Source: Mayamaea pseudoterrestris
Taxonomy: Eukaryota
Length of the DNA stretch: 64,000 bases
Reading direction: 5' to 3'
Assembly: GCA_027923505.1 (NCBI GenBank)
Contig: BROI01000021.1
Span: 62,001-126,000 of the forward strand
Shown here: in pieces, positions 19,748 to 30,952 of the stretch
Layout: each line of letters starts with the position of its first letter
Position numbering within the stretch: the stretch's first letter is position 1
Program-made: the position numbers and the translations under genes
Notes under the pieces: generated by a model
Told to the model about the DNA's origin: nothing
What the model saw: only the letters and a program-made list of their open reading frames with translations
Databases searched by the model: none

Positions 19748-22357
19748 CTAATAGTTATTGCCTTTCATTTTGCTCTGCTGACTGAATAGGCGAGCAATGT
19801 CGCTGCATGTTGTGGCCTGTTCAACAAGTTTATCCGGGCGACGCCGCTTAAATCGAGGGAAACGTAGCGCCACTCCACGCCCCTGATCGTCCTCGATGAG
19901 TCCTGCAGCGGCAGAATGCGCCTTACTCAAACTTAGATCAGCAAATGACACTTCGAATACCTCCAATGGCTTGAACCAGATGGGTGGAGTTTCGTTCGTT
20001 ACCACTATTGACGAGGGCGGTTGCCTAAGAAAACAATTTACTCGTTCATCCGGAATGTTAGCGTTGCATGATGCTACGTCGTCAGCAACATCCACGCCTG
20101 CCTCTTCGTCATGGTCTGCAACATCGATCACACGAGCATCTAACTCGGTCGCTATTCCATCCCCCAATGCTGTATTTTCGACAGCATCCAGGGTCGGCGG
20201 TGACTCAAAATTCATGTCTGGTGGATAAGGTGTGCCTCGAAAATAAAACTCACGCATGGCAGAGTACATGGCGTCTGTAAAGCTCATGCAACGCGATATG
20301 CTCCGATAGACTCCTTCCTCGTCATCATACACAGCCAGCAAGATTGGGGATAAAAACCCTTTTTGCGCCTTGCGCCCATTGCCAAACCAAGCACCGATGG
20401 GTACTACGTCGATTGTGTCCGCAAAAGCCCCGAGATAATCTTTCTTGACCTTCTTCCAAGTCTTGCTTCTGGTGCCACTCTCGTAAAGTGTGCCCAAACC
20501 AGACAACTTGAGCATCAGCCCTTCGGCGCCGTCATCGATAGATTTTTGCAATGTGATTTGTAGCTCTGGCTCCCGGAAACCGACAATGGTCGTTGATTTG
20601 GCAAACGTAAATCCCATTGTTGAGCAGAAACGACGTTTAAGAATAGATTGCCTCTCTTTCAGCGACAAATCGAGCAGTGACTGACCATTTAATGACATGA
20701 GATCAAAAGCGTATACACGGACAGCAATTCGCGTATCCTCTGATAGCTTCGTTCCTCGTCGTGTCGACAAATCCTGAAACGGAAGTAAGCGAAACCCATC
20801 ACTGCACCTTTCATCTGCAGCCACTCCAACAATTTCCGCGTCAATGATGAAGGAGTTCACATCATCCGATTTGGCTTCGAGCATGTACTGAACGGCGTCA
20901 GGATACTGAGCAGTATTTTCCAGCATGTTGCGACTGAAAAGCCTGATCGCCTTGCCGTCGTAGTGCGCCTGGCACCGAACTCCGTCATATTTGTACTCAG
21001 CCACTGCCGTGAGCAAGGTTCCATCTGTTGCCGTTAAAAACATTTCTATTTCTTTAAATGAATGCACAGGGTCTGCCAGCATGGGCTGTATGGGATAATT
21101 TATTTCAACAGAGCATTTGTCAACCGCGCAAGGCACTCCTCCAGTCAAAAGAGCAGCACTGACCTTGTCCAGACGAGGACAAATGTTGAAAACCTTTTCT
21201 AGACTCTTTGTTGGGTTGGGAAGCGCGACAAACTCCGAGTCCATTTCACTCCGAACCTGTTCCACTGCCGTCGCGAGTGCCACTAAAACCGTTTTAATGG
21301 TTGCACCCAGTCGCATGTTTCCAAGAAGAATTCTTACCAAGAATCGCATTTCCTCCTTGTCGCAAGCCCGACGCATAAGTTTGACTAGTAGCCCAAGGCG
21401 TTCCTTTTTACTACCCTTTCCGGCCGATACATTCGCAATGGCTCTCAGCTGCTCGTGCACTTTCAAAATACTCAGCGGTGCTTGCGGCTTGGTAAATGTC
21501 GTAAAGAATTGTTTTTGTCGAGTCGATAGAAACAAGGATGCAGCCACGTCACCCAAGTCGCCACTCTTGCGATAAACGTTACTTAGTTCCTGGCGTGAAA
21601 CACCAGTGACACTTTGAACAGCGGCCGAGACGGCTGATCCACTAACCTGTAAGATAATGGCATCATTTGCGTCATTCGAAGTTGCTGCATTCGATGATGA
21701 CGATGCTGAAAGCTTGCCAAGAATCAAGTCAATAGCTCGCACCAAAACGACTGCATCCTCCTGTCTATTCGTTCCGTCGTGAACGCCGCCAACGTGTTCA
21801 ATGATTTCTGTAAATAGCTTGATAAGTGCATTTGTCTTGACTGTGCGTTTTGTCGTTGCAATCATTTCAGCAAACGCGCCAGCAAGGATTGAAAATGGCA
21901 GCGAGGCCGAGGCGGAATGATACTTGTCGTCATCGTCCTCGGCTGCAGACATTTGTTTTTCTTGGCGAGCTTCCGCAGGCGTTGGCTTTTTATCAAGGTT
22001 GTTCGAAGCATGCATCGCAGATCGATCAATTGAAATCTCTGAATTGGGCTTAGCTCCAGCTTTTGGTCGTTTCGTTCCTTGCCGAGGTGAGAAGAACGAA
22101 AGAAGAGTGTTCTGGCACGGCGTATTCATCGTCTTGCGCTTTGAAGACGAGACCTGCGGAGAAGCTTCTGTATTCTTTTGAGGAGTCTGAAACGTTGACT
22201 TGCTTGCCGGTTGTTGCTGTGAGGTATTGTCATGTTGCTGCAAGTGAATTTCGACGGCTCGTTCCACCGATCCTCCGGCGGCATCAAGGAGCTCCAACGC
22301 TCGTGACGAGGAGACATTGCATATTGATTTAATTGTATCAGTCGTTTCACTACTCAT
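19748..22357 (-). CDS. ATP-dependent DNA ligase I-like protein
   Basis: EYKYDGVR, DAEIV, FDLM, EGLMLK, KVKKDY, GAWFGNGRK, ALRFPRF; N-terminal UBA-like segment and PIP-box-like QNTLLSFF. Confidence 0.92.
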   Translation of the reverse strand: MSSETTDTIKSICNVSSSRALELLDAAGGSVERAVEIHLQQHDNTSQQQPASKSTFQTPQKNTEASPQVSSSKRKTMNTPCQNTLLSFFSPRQGTKRPKAGAKPNSEISIDRSAMHASNNLDKKPTPAEARQEKQMSAAEDDDDKYHSASASLPFSILAGAFAEMIATTKRTVKTNALIKLFTEIIEHVGGVHDGTNRQEDAVVLVRAIDLILGKLSASSSSNAATSNDANDAIILQVSGSAVSAAVQSVTGVSRQELSNVYRKSGDLGDVAASLFLSTRQKQFFTTFTKPQAPLSILKVHEQLRAIANVSAGKGSKKERLGLLVKLMRRACDKEEMRFLVRILLGNMRLGATIKTVLVALATAVEQVRSEMDSEFVALPNPTKSLEKVFNICPRLDKVSAALLTGGVPCAVDKCSVEINYPIQPMLADPVHSFKEIEMFLTATDGTLLTAVAEYKYDGVRCQAHYDGKAIRLFSRNMLENTAQYPDAVQYMLEAKSDDVNSFIIDAEIVGVAADERCSDGFRLLPFQDLSTRRGTKLSEDTRIAVRVYAFDLMSLNGQSLLDLSLKERQSILKRRFCSTMGFTFAKSTTIVGFREPELQITLQKSIDDGAEGLMLKLSGLGTLYESGTRSKTWKKVKKDYLGAFADTIDVVPIGAWFGNGRKAQKGFLSPILLAVYDDEEGVYRSISRCMSFTDAMYSAMREFYFRGTPYPPDMNFESPPTLDAVENTALGDGIATELDARVIDVADHDEEAGVDVADDVASCNANIPDERVNCFLRQPPSSIVVTNETPPIWFKPLEVFEVSFADLSLSKAHSAAAGLIEDDQGRGVALRFPRFKRRRPDKLVEQATTCSDIARLFSQQSKMKGNNY

Positions 22358-22798
22358 GGCCTTTTAGTGATCCGACGACTCACTGGAAACAATCGGCTCG
22401 AGACTGACGCAGACATTCTTGCCATGGTGCATCGCGCATGGACGGGACGAGTTCTGATCTTTCGATCGAAATGCAGTGATGATGCGACATCTGCTACGGG
22501 ACATTCGCAAGCGTTCTGATACCATTACCAGACCTTTCCTTTCTGTTTGTTTACTGATATTATAGCCGGATAATACATTTTGAAAGCTCGATGGCGCAGT
22601 CTATCGTCACTATAGCTGCAGCAGATATAGACAGAAATCATACTGTCATTTGCGTAATGGGCCTGGATCGTCATTGAATCTCACTTGATGCCCACCAACA
22701 GATACCGGTACATTCGTAAGAGCAAATATATCTGTTATGCTGAAAAAACGCAAAACAAACATTCCTTACTATGATGATGCACCATGAACATATTAGTG

Positions 22799-24739
22799 CT
22801 ACTGCCCGCTGTAGCGACCAATGCGCAAGCTGCAGTAACGGTTATACCGTTGCTGGAGTCTATTTTGAAACAATCTGTTTTCCTTGGAATAAATTGGACT
22901 CACACATTTATTGGCAAGAGTGGTTGTGTAGCATTCGCTGGTGCTGCTGCTGCATTGGCAAGTCGTGCGAATAATCTTGAGACAGCTTGAAACAAGGTTC
23001 ACTTCAGCTCCGGCCAACTCGGCCACCGTTCCGAGCGTCGTTTGAACAACGTTCAAACCAAAACGGAAATCATCTTCGCTGTATGTGGAGTACACATCTG
23101 TTGCTTTATGCCAATTAGGTTGGGAGCCCTGCCCAATCCCTGCGATGCGCTCATTCTCCCGAACACTCACTGATGCCGTGTAATCCACAAAGCACATGGA
23201 ATCTGTCGACGACATCTTGTCGCCCACAGTAGCATTATACCATTGAGCATAGTCGGCATTGCCGGTTTTCAGAGCGTAAGCCAATTCTTGCGACTGTTTC
23301 TTAAAGACGGAAGAGCCTGAGCCAACGTATTCAATGTTCAGATCTGCGTCCGGACTTTGCTCAACTTGCACGGGCAGTCCATGGTCAAAGAGAATCTGAT
23401 CATGCTGTATCAATCCCAGCCACGTTGGCTCTGGATACAAGCCCGATCCTACTGGACTTTCCTTTCCCCGAATCGCTTTTCTCTGCTGCGCGTACGCAAA
23501 ACTTCCATTTAAACCAGTTTCTTCATTGTTCCAAAACAAAAGACGAATAGAGACTTGCGTGGTAACGTCATTCATAGCCAAGGTCCTGGCCATTTCCAGA
23601 AGCAACGAGCAACCCGAAGCGTCGTCATTCGCGGCCCCGCCACCACCACGCCCATCCAAGTGTGCCGACACAAGAAACATGCGATCTGGAAAGGTAGTGC
23701 CAACCTTTGTAACATACATACTGTCGCGCGCCCTGCCAGAGTAAGTGTATGGCTCACGCTTCACTTGATAGCCATATCCTGTTAAAGTTTGCTCGACCCA
23801 AGCAGCGGCCTTGAAGTAGCTGGTGGAGCCTTGAGTGCGGTCGCCAAAGTTCGAGAGAGTTTGTATGTTGTATTTGAACCTGGTCAGATCTAGTCGGTCG
23901 ACAATCATTTGTGCATGGAGTTTTGGATTGGATGTATCGACCGCGAGACGAGACGAAAGAAGGCGAGAGGTAGCGAGCGATGACTTTTTGGCAAGTCGAA
24001 AATTGTCAGCACTCTTCCTTGTTTTGCTCAATTGGATGTTCAATTGATCAATTGATACTAGGGCATTGACCGTTCCTTGGCTGCAATATCCAATTATCCG
24101 CAGCGAATGCTCTCCTGCGCTGATTGCGAGTTTTTGCATGGATCGAAAGTTCTTCCAGTCAGAGTCGACATTATATTCATCCACCAATACTTGTCCGAGA
24201 AAATCATATGGCGCCTGTCCAATTGTAATATCGTCCAATCGCATCAAGACTTGACAGACAATCGGACTTGTCGGTTTATTAATAGCGCTTGAAGTGACTT
24301 CGATGCGATACCTCAATTGGACGACAATGCTAGCATCGTGTTCCGAGACGAGCGGAATAGAGACGGGCTCGGAGTAAGTTGCACCATGTCCTCCAGGACC
24401 TTCTACAGATAACAGGATTTGGCGATGAACACCCTTGTCGTTTATCGCTTCGTTGTCACCTCGCCGAAAGCCCAAAGTGTCGTATCCGTCGATGCTCGCA
24501 AGAATTACCGGTAGAACGTTGCCGTCGACGTTTGAACCATGATGGTTTGGGTGATTATAGTTCCAATCGGATGCTTGGGTCAACCAGTAGTAGCAACCGA
24601 CTATGATTGACACGAAGATATGAATTGAAATAACCAAGATCCAAATCGCTCGAGGTGATGGCGCCGCTGCGCGCAGCTGCGGCGTGGACGTTGTCTCCAC
24701 ATTCACTGTCAATTCGGCCTTCGCTTTACCATCCATCAT
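22799..24739 (-). CDS. Membrane-anchored M28-family metallopeptidase
   Basis: N-terminal TM segment; SAHLD, GAANDDASG, NNEETGL, QHD and PNWHK zinc-ligand motifs. Confidence 0.82.
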   Translation of the reverse strand: MMDGKAKAELTVNVETTSTPQLRAAAPSPRAIWILVISIHIFVSIIVGCYYWLTQASDWNYNHPNHHGSNVDGNVLPVILASIDGYDTLGFRRGDNEAINDKGVHRQILLSVEGPGGHGATYSEPVSIPLVSEHDASIVVQLRYRIEVTSSAINKPTSPIVCQVLMRLDDITIGQAPYDFLGQVLVDEYNVDSDWKNFRSMQKLAISAGEHSLRIIGYCSQGTVNALVSIDQLNIQLSKTRKSADNFRLAKKSSLATSRLLSSRLAVDTSNPKLHAQMIVDRLDLTRFKYNIQTLSNFGDRTQGSTSYFKAAAWVEQTLTGYGYQVKREPYTYSGRARDSMYVTKVGTTFPDRMFLVSAHLDGRGGGGAANDDASGCSLLLEMARTLAMNDVTTQVSIRLLFWNNEETGLNGSFAYAQQRKAIRGKESPVGSGLYPEPTWLGLIQHDQILFDHGLPVQVEQSPDADLNIEYVGSGSSVFKKQSQELAYALKTGNADYAQWYNATVGDKMSSTDSMCFVDYTASVSVRENERIAGIGQGSQPNWHKATDVYSTYSEDDFRFGLNVVQTTLGTVAELAGAEVNLVSSCLKIIRTTCQCSSSTSECYTTTLANKCVSPIYSKENRLFQNRLQQRYNRYCSLRIGRYSGQ

Positions 24740-25070
24740 GGTGGCAGATTCCAGCTCTCGTATCGTAAGTATTAAAGCTTTACTGTTAATGTCGTCGTTA
24801 ACCAGGACCGAACTTGGGGCACATGGAGGTCACAGTCAATCGAAAATCGAACCAGTGAGTCATTCAGTATTTCGCAAGGATGAAAAGAACGATGAGACAT
24901 TTTTTTCATTATTTAGTCGTGTCAATTCATTCTCGGCTTCGAAACCGTCCATCGCGAGCGGCGGACTTTTCTTTTGATATGTCAGAGTTTACTACTACAC
25001 TGCTACACTACTACATGGAGAATAGACTGGGTTGCTTTTGGTCCAATTAACGAATTCAGATCACTAATTG

Positions 25071-26696
25071 ATGACTGGCAATCAAGATCAAGCACTCTCA
25101 GTCAACTGCCGTCACGTCGATGATTCGGATTCTGTACTACACGTATCGGCTGTCCAACAGCCAGTCTGCAGTCACTGCCACAACAAAGAATGTAGTCTAT
25201 GTTTGAGTTATCGTGGCGTTGATCGCACGAAGCATTTCACGACCGAGGGGGCGCTGCTCAACGACGATCACGCAAATGCTCGCACCATGCTCTACGAGAC
25301 ACCGCCGCCCATTGCGTCTAAACAAAGTCATCGTAATAAAAAGACGAAGAAGGAATTGATGGTTGAAGAAATATCTATTCTTGCACTTTCTAAACCTCCT
25401 TGGGAATACAGGGATGAGGCGACTGGCATACGAGTGCCACCCTGCACGACGCGAGTGCTTCGCTGTCACGCAAAGCCGAATTGGAACGATCAGCCTCTAT
25501 TGAAGGTTCTTCAAGCCGAGTTTATCGACTTTTCAAGACCCGAAGAACTAGAAAAAATACTTCACTTTAAACTGCTGCGCGTTAACGGAAAATCATTGGA
25601 CGCGACTGATGCAACAACGTTCCGGTTGAAAAGTGGAGATCTACTCAGTCGCATCCTCCATTGGCATGAGGCACCTGTCATTGTTCCTGCTCGTATTGAC
25701 ATTCAACGAGTCACTCTCCCATCTACCATTGTTTCCGACTATCAGCTCAACAAGAACAGCGCCGTTTACGTATGCGACAAGCCTTCGAGTGTGCCGGTGC
25801 ATCCTGCTGGGCCATATTTTTCCAACACGCTCACTCTAATGCTGGAAGCGCAAGAAAATCTTCAACCTGCATCACTCATTCCGCTCCATCGAACAGACCG
25901 TGTGACTAGTGGCTTGACACTTCTTTGTAACGATCCGAAAATTTCTCGCATCTTTCATCTATCGTTTTCCAAAACAGGTTTTGTTCGAAAACTCTACATC
26001 GCCAAGGTTAAAGGTCGATTTAATGTTGCCGCAAAAGGTGTTGATACGCTGTTCGAAAATAAGAATATTGGAGAGTATAGATGGGATGAAGCATGCGAAA
26101 CTGTCGAGGTTTTGGCGCCAGTTGAGACTGTTGACCCGGCAAATGGACTTCGGGCGATCACGAGCAGAGGGAAACCAGCGAGAAGCGTTTTTCGGCTGAT
26201 CCATTACGAGTCAAGTGAGGACGCTTCTTACCTTGCGTGCTATCCCATTTCTGGCAGGAACCATCAACTGCGAGTACACTTGAGCTGGTTGGGATATCCA
26301 ATTATTGGTGATGTGCAATACGGAGGGGTATCCCAAGGAGTTAGTATAAACCACTCCGCATGTTCGTTGCTGAGTAATGCATGTTGTGCATCGCACAGTT
26401 GCCTCCCCGGGCTTTCAGTAGATGACATCAACTCGGCTAAGTTGGCTTGCGCCCGATGCAATGGAGGCAAGGAAGCCATTTTGCAGTCACTTACTCCGGC
26501 GCAATTGTTGTGCGACGGACATGCAATCCATCTACATGCACTTCGGTACAAGGTTGATTTGATAAGACCAACAGGTTTCAATGCTACTATCGGAACTGCG
26601 ACTGTTGAATTTAAAGTTGCTCTTCCTTCTTGGGCAAAGGATTTAGAATTTTCTAACATTGAATGGCTCAAACCGAGCGCCATTGATGCAGACTGA
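25071..26696 (+). CDS. RluA-family pseudouridine synthase
   Basis: DKPSSVPVHP, LHRTDRVTSGL, GRNHQLRVH, PIIGD, LHA. Confidence 0.9.
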   Translation: MTGNQDQALSVNCRHVDDSDSVLHVSAVQQPVCSHCHNKECSLCLSYRGVDRTKHFTTEGALLNDDHANARTMLYETPPPIASKQSHRNKKTKKELMVEEISILALSKPPWEYRDEATGIRVPPCTTRVLRCHAKPNWNDQPLLKVLQAEFIDFSRPEELEKILHFKLLRVNGKSLDATDATTFRLKSGDLLSRILHWHEAPVIVPARIDIQRVTLPSTIVSDYQLNKNSAVYVCDKPSSVPVHPAGPYFSNTLTLMLEAQENLQPASLIPLHRTDRVTSGLTLLCNDPKISRIFHLSFSKTGFVRKLYIAKVKGRFNVAAKGVDTLFENKNIGEYRWDEACETVEVLAPVETVDPANGLRAITSRGKPARSVFRLIHYESSEDASYLACYPISGRNHQLRVHLSWLGYPIIGDVQYGGVSQGVSINHSACSLLSNACCASHSCLPGLSVDDINSAKLACARCNGGKEAILQSLTPAQLLCDGHAIHLHALRYKVDLIRPTGFNATIGTATVEFKVALPSWAKDLEFSNIEWLKPSAIDAD

Positions 26697-26704
26697 CAGG
26701 TCTT

Positions 26705-29242
26705 TTACTCCAATATAATTCTGACTCTTTTCTCACCGACGCGTCGTTTATCATTCTGGTCGTACTTTACGCATTCGACGTATAGAAGAGACTCATATGT
26801 TCCGAGCAACTGGGTGAACTGAGACGCTAACCGAGCCGCTGGGGACTTCTTCATCGTTTCTCGTACTCTCACCCGCTTCCCCGAGAGGAAACAGTTTAGA
26901 GCAGTTTCATCTGGAGCCAGTTTTTCCTTTTGCATAGCATATACAAGGCGCAAACCAATATCGGGTCTACCGGCCCGGCCGGCAACGTAAAGCAAACCGT
27001 GATACGCAGCAACGAGATTCTTTCCTTTGCTACGCTGAATTGAAGGAGGACTACTTCGGGGTCGTCGCTCGTATTCCAAACAATCTTTTCGGATCTCATT
27101 CTTCCATGCTGCAAGGGCATCCTTGATGTTCGCTCCAAAGCATCGAAGCATGGCGTTGACAAAGCGTCCGTCAGCTGGGATTTTATTTACTGCAGCTGTA
27201 CGATAGAGCCTAATAGCTGCAGTTGACCCACAGCCACCATGTTGCAATGCCGATGCCATTAGACAGTAGAACTGCGCATCAAACTGAGGAACAGAAACAT
27301 GTTTCAATGTTCGAGCACTAGTGATGCATTCTAGAATATTCATTGTTAATTCAGAACACGTGAAGCCATCGACAAGTCTCGTGAACTCTCGGGCAGCAGC
27401 GGGCGTTACATCAGTGTTTGCACCAGCGACAGCAGCGGGCGTTACATCAGTGTTTGCATTAGCGACCGAAGCCGTCGATATACTAGCACATCGAATATTA
27501 ACTACAGTGCCAGCATCCACCCGCGCACTGCTGGCAATCGCCCCAAGAAACACCTTCCATATACGCAAATCGCCACTGCCTGCAGCGAAGCGCGCAAACA
27601 GAAAGCATGCACTGGAAGCATCGCCCAGTCTGCCAAAGTTAGTAAGTGCAGCGCGAAAATACGACGATGAACAGTCGGTCCACGAGTGTCCTCGAATTTC
27701 CACCTGTTTTAACAATCTCGTCAGTTGAGAAGCAGTAGAACAAAGCCCCATCATGATTGTGTACGTATATGACTCCTGGTTCAATCCTGGGAAGTTGAGC
27801 ATGATTGAGTAAAGTTCCCATGCCTCCCTCCGCCACCGTTCGGACAAGGGCGATGAAGACGTAGCATCCCGCGCTATTTCGATTTCTATCATTTGCTTGT
27901 AGCCATCCAAGAGAACATTGAAGTGCCGTGACGACGGCTTGACCATGCGCAGAGCTTCACCGGAAGTCCCTCGAACGACCGACTGCAAAGTAGGTAGCAT
28001 GTACACGTCGAACAATCGGCGAGCAGCCGTGAGTTCTCCTGCCCTTGTCAATCGCAGCAAATAGGCAGCAAAAGCATCCGATGCAATATTATTGGAGTTT
28101 GAAGAGACGAAACTATCAAGTATGGCCTCCATCTTGTCATTTTGACCTGTTCGGGCCAATGGCACGATAATCCAGTCGACTGAGTAGCGATCTGGTGTAA
28201 CCGATGAGTCCTCTTCTATTTCTTTCCACAAATCGAGCATTTCCTTGTCAGCAGTCTTGCCTTTTTTTGCCAGCAGACGCAATCGAGCATTGTACGCGAA
28301 AATGTTGGGTGGAAGCTTCTGCAATTGCATTTCGCCCCAAAGCGAATCAGCGAGTGAAACGTTGCCTACGGATGCTGCAGCCTGTAGAACCGTCGCGAAA
28401 GAAACGACGTTTGGCTCCAACCCAAGCTTGCTCAGGGTTTCGTTTCTTTGCAGTAGCCACTGAGATGCGTCATGGAGCAAGGCGGCTCGACTGGTCGCTC
28501 GCACTGTCATTGTCTTGCGCCGGTCTGGCGAAACATCGGACGCCGTTTCGCACAAGGCGGCTAACAAGATATTGAAAGAAACCACACTCATTGATAGCCG
28601 ATGGGCTATTGCTTTTGATCCAAAGTCTAACACTGTATCTTGTAGCAATTGGATTTTGCCCGCACGACGGAGGGATCCGCAAATGGCATCCTGCGTCTGA
28701 TACGAGACGGTTGCATTTGCATTGGAAACCATGCTAAGCGCGAGTTTACTCAATCCTGTCATGGCTGCAGCGCAAGCGGCTCGTTCCAATGTGCAAATGT
28801 CAGTAATGTTGCTGTATTTCAACCACCAAGTTTCAAGTTGTCTACCAGCTCGGGAGACTTGCTGCGAATTGCGTGCCGATGTAAGACTTCCCAGGGCGTC
28901 GAGAAGCATTGTGTCGTCGGCTCGAGTCTTTTGCAGGCCGTTCACAATCCACTGCAACTGTTTCCTTCGATTGTATTGCTGATTGTTATTTGGTGACGAA
29001 GACAATGAAGACGAGTAGAAAGGTTTCTCATAGTGATCGTCTTGATTCATTCGGAGCAAGGAGGATTTTATTAATGGACGATGCCTACCGGTAGTAGAAA
29101 CTATTGCTGGAACAAGAGCCTGTGAGATTCCAACGAGCAGTAGACAGAAATGTCTCAGCGGTCGTCTATATATTGATGTAGTCATCCTATACCGGTATAT
29201 CATCCAGGCTCTGGTGATTTGCCATGAAGTCGACAGTTTCAT
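26705..29242 (-). CDS. Pentatricopeptide-repeat protein, probably organelle-targeted
   Basis: PPR-like units (VVSFNILLAAL, PNVVSFATVLQA, PNIFAYNARL, RHFNVLLDGY, SYTYTIMMGL); signal-like N-terminus; start uncertain. Confidence 0.8.
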   Translation of the reverse strand: MKLSTSWQITRAWMIYRYRMTTSIYRRPLRHFCLLLVGISQALVPAIVSTTGRHRPLIKSSLLRMNQDDHYEKPFYSSSLSSSPNNNQQYNRRKQLQWIVNGLQKTRADDTMLLDALGSLTSARNSQQVSRAGRQLETWWLKYSNITDICTLERAACAAAMTGLSKLALSMVSNANATVSYQTQDAICGSLRRAGKIQLLQDTVLDFGSKAIAHRLSMSVVSFNILLAALCETASDVSPDRRKTMTVRATSRAALLHDASQWLLQRNETLSKLGLEPNVVSFATVLQAAASVGNVSLADSLWGEMQLQKLPPNIFAYNARLRLLAKKGKTADKEMLDLWKEIEEDSSVTPDRYSVDWIIVPLARTGQNDKMEAILDSFVSSNSNNIASDAFAAYLLRLTRAGELTAARRLFDVYMLPTLQSVVRGTSGEALRMVKPSSRHFNVLLDGYKQMIEIEIARDATSSSPLSERWRREAWELYSIMLNFPGLNQESYTYTIMMGLCSTASQLTRLLKQVEIRGHSWTDCSSSYFRAALTNFGRLGDASSACFLFARFAAGSGDLRIWKVFLGAIASSARVDAGTVVNIRCASISTASVANANTDVTPAAVAGANTDVTPAAAREFTRLVDGFTCSELTMNILECITSARTLKHVSVPQFDAQFYCLMASALQHGGCGSTAAIRLYRTAAVNKIPADGRFVNAMLRCFGANIKDALAAWKNEIRKDCLEYERRPRSSPPSIQRSKGKNLVAAYHGLLYVAGRAGRPDIGLRLVYAMQKEKLAPDETALNCFLSGKRVRVRETMKKSPAARLASQFTQLLGTYESLLYVECVKYDQNDKRRVGEKRVRIILE

Positions 29243-29515
29243 CCCTCATCGTCGAGATCAGACAGATCTTGAAGTCGCACTTGTTACCAGTGTGACGCGT
29301 GTTGGGCAATAGTTAAGGACACTAACAACAAAACGTCATTCGCTGTCAATGACCATTTCTTGTTTCAGGGTTAAATAAAACCAGTCGTTTCACAGAAAAA
29401 TGTTGATCGGGCATCAGCATGATGTCGGCAACCATGAACATTTTCCCTACTTTTTCTCCTCGATCGGCTGCTGGCACTGCTCGAAAGATTTCTACTGCTA
29501 TATTCGTCTATCGGT

Positions 29516-30751
29516 ATGAATAGCATGCAGGATGCAGCCGAAATGCCGGGTGACTCATCATCTACGACCGATTGGACGCCGCTTTTTCTCAGCACCCTTT
29601 CTGGGTTGTCCACCAGCCTTGGCGCGTCGGTTGCTTTTTGTACTTCGGAAAAACGGCCAATGAGTAGCAAAACTCTATCATTCTCCTTGGCCTTGGCTGG
29701 TTCCGTCATGGTGACTGTCAGTGTGGTTTCATTGCTACCAGAAAGTTTTCTGGATCAATCGACGCACGAATTTCTGTCAATCTACACATTCGACTTTTGG
29801 AAGCGCACAGCTGCTGTCGCTGCTGGTTGTGCCTTTTACTACATGCTTAACAAGTCCTTTCCAGAACCAGAGGCAATACTTGGCTTTGATAGTCATGGAT
29901 CGCATGCTGTTGGTGATGGCGATGACAATGAAACTCTAAAATCACCGAGCACACTAGAAATAGTGCCACTTACAAGCCCTGAACAATCTCGACTGTTTAA
30001 AAAGACTTCACTTCAACGACAAACATCGCATAACAGTAAATCATCCTTGCAGACTCGGGAAACTAAAGTTCGGATACGATCATGTAAAGAATCATTTGAC
30101 GAAAATGAAGATAGTTCTGACGCGCACTATCGAAATGAGGATATCAGAAAGACTATGAGCAACTCGTGTTGGAAAACATTTGTACAAGGTCGAGATCTGA
30201 ATAATATTGAGGCTCGCCGCTCGTGGCGCGTCGCTATGCTACTATTCGTTTCGCTCATTGTGCACAACTTTCCCGAAGGCGTGGCCGTTGGAGCAACTGC
30301 CATGCACAGTCAACACCTCGGTATTACGACTGCCATTGCGATTGCATTGCACAATATCCCAGAAGGAGTTGCAATCGCGGTTCCATGCTTGGCGGCAAGA
30401 CCGAACGCGCCATGGTTGGCCTTTTTGCTGGCGAGCGCTAGCGGTTTGGCTGAGCCACTGGGAGCGGCAGTCGCCATGCTTTTCTTGTCCCCTTCCAATC
30501 AAGAAGACAGCAACACAATTAACGGGGATATCATCTCCATGGGCATTGTATTATCTTTTGTGGCGGGCGTTATGGTCACGGTGGCACTCATGGAGCTCTT
30601 TCCAGAGTCGCTCCGACGGTCGACCGATGGCAAAATGCCCTTTTTTCTTGGAATTGTTGCGGGAGCAGTCATAATGATAGGCAGTGATGTGTACCTGGTC
30701 GGTGCGCAATCAGACCGCCATAGTAGCGACCTGATTCATTCGGATGCATAG
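29516..30751 (+). CDS. ZIP/ZupT-family metal transporter
   Basis: HNFPEG and HNIPEG motifs, SGLAEPLG, multiple TM helices. Confidence 0.92.
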   Translation: MNSMQDAAEMPGDSSSTTDWTPLFLSTLSGLSTSLGASVAFCTSEKRPMSSKTLSFSLALAGSVMVTVSVVSLLPESFLDQSTHEFLSIYTFDFWKRTAAVAAGCAFYYMLNKSFPEPEAILGFDSHGSHAVGDGDDNETLKSPSTLEIVPLTSPEQSRLFKKTSLQRQTSHNSKSSLQTRETKVRIRSCKESFDENEDSSDAHYRNEDIRKTMSNSCWKTFVQGRDLNNIEARRSWRVAMLLFVSLIVHNFPEGVAVGATAMHSQHLGITTAIAIALHNIPEGVAIAVPCLAARPNAPWLAFLLASASGLAEPLGAAVAMLFLSPSNQEDSNTINGDIISMGIVLSFVAGVMVTVALMELFPESLRRSTDGKMPFFLGIVAGAVIMIGSDVYLVGAQSDRHSSDLIHSDA

Positions 30752-30952
30752 GTTGATGCTCCGCATAATGGCGTGGTTAGATGTGCCGAGGAAATGCAAA
30801 TGAATAATAGCAGTCCGCTAATTAAATCTACCACCATATGGTTCAAATTTCGCATGTAACAGCATTAGTAACAGTAAATGGTGATGCGGGTCGTACAGCA
30901 GAGGTATTATTGTCAAGCTTACATACACATGACACGCGAGAACTGTACAAAA

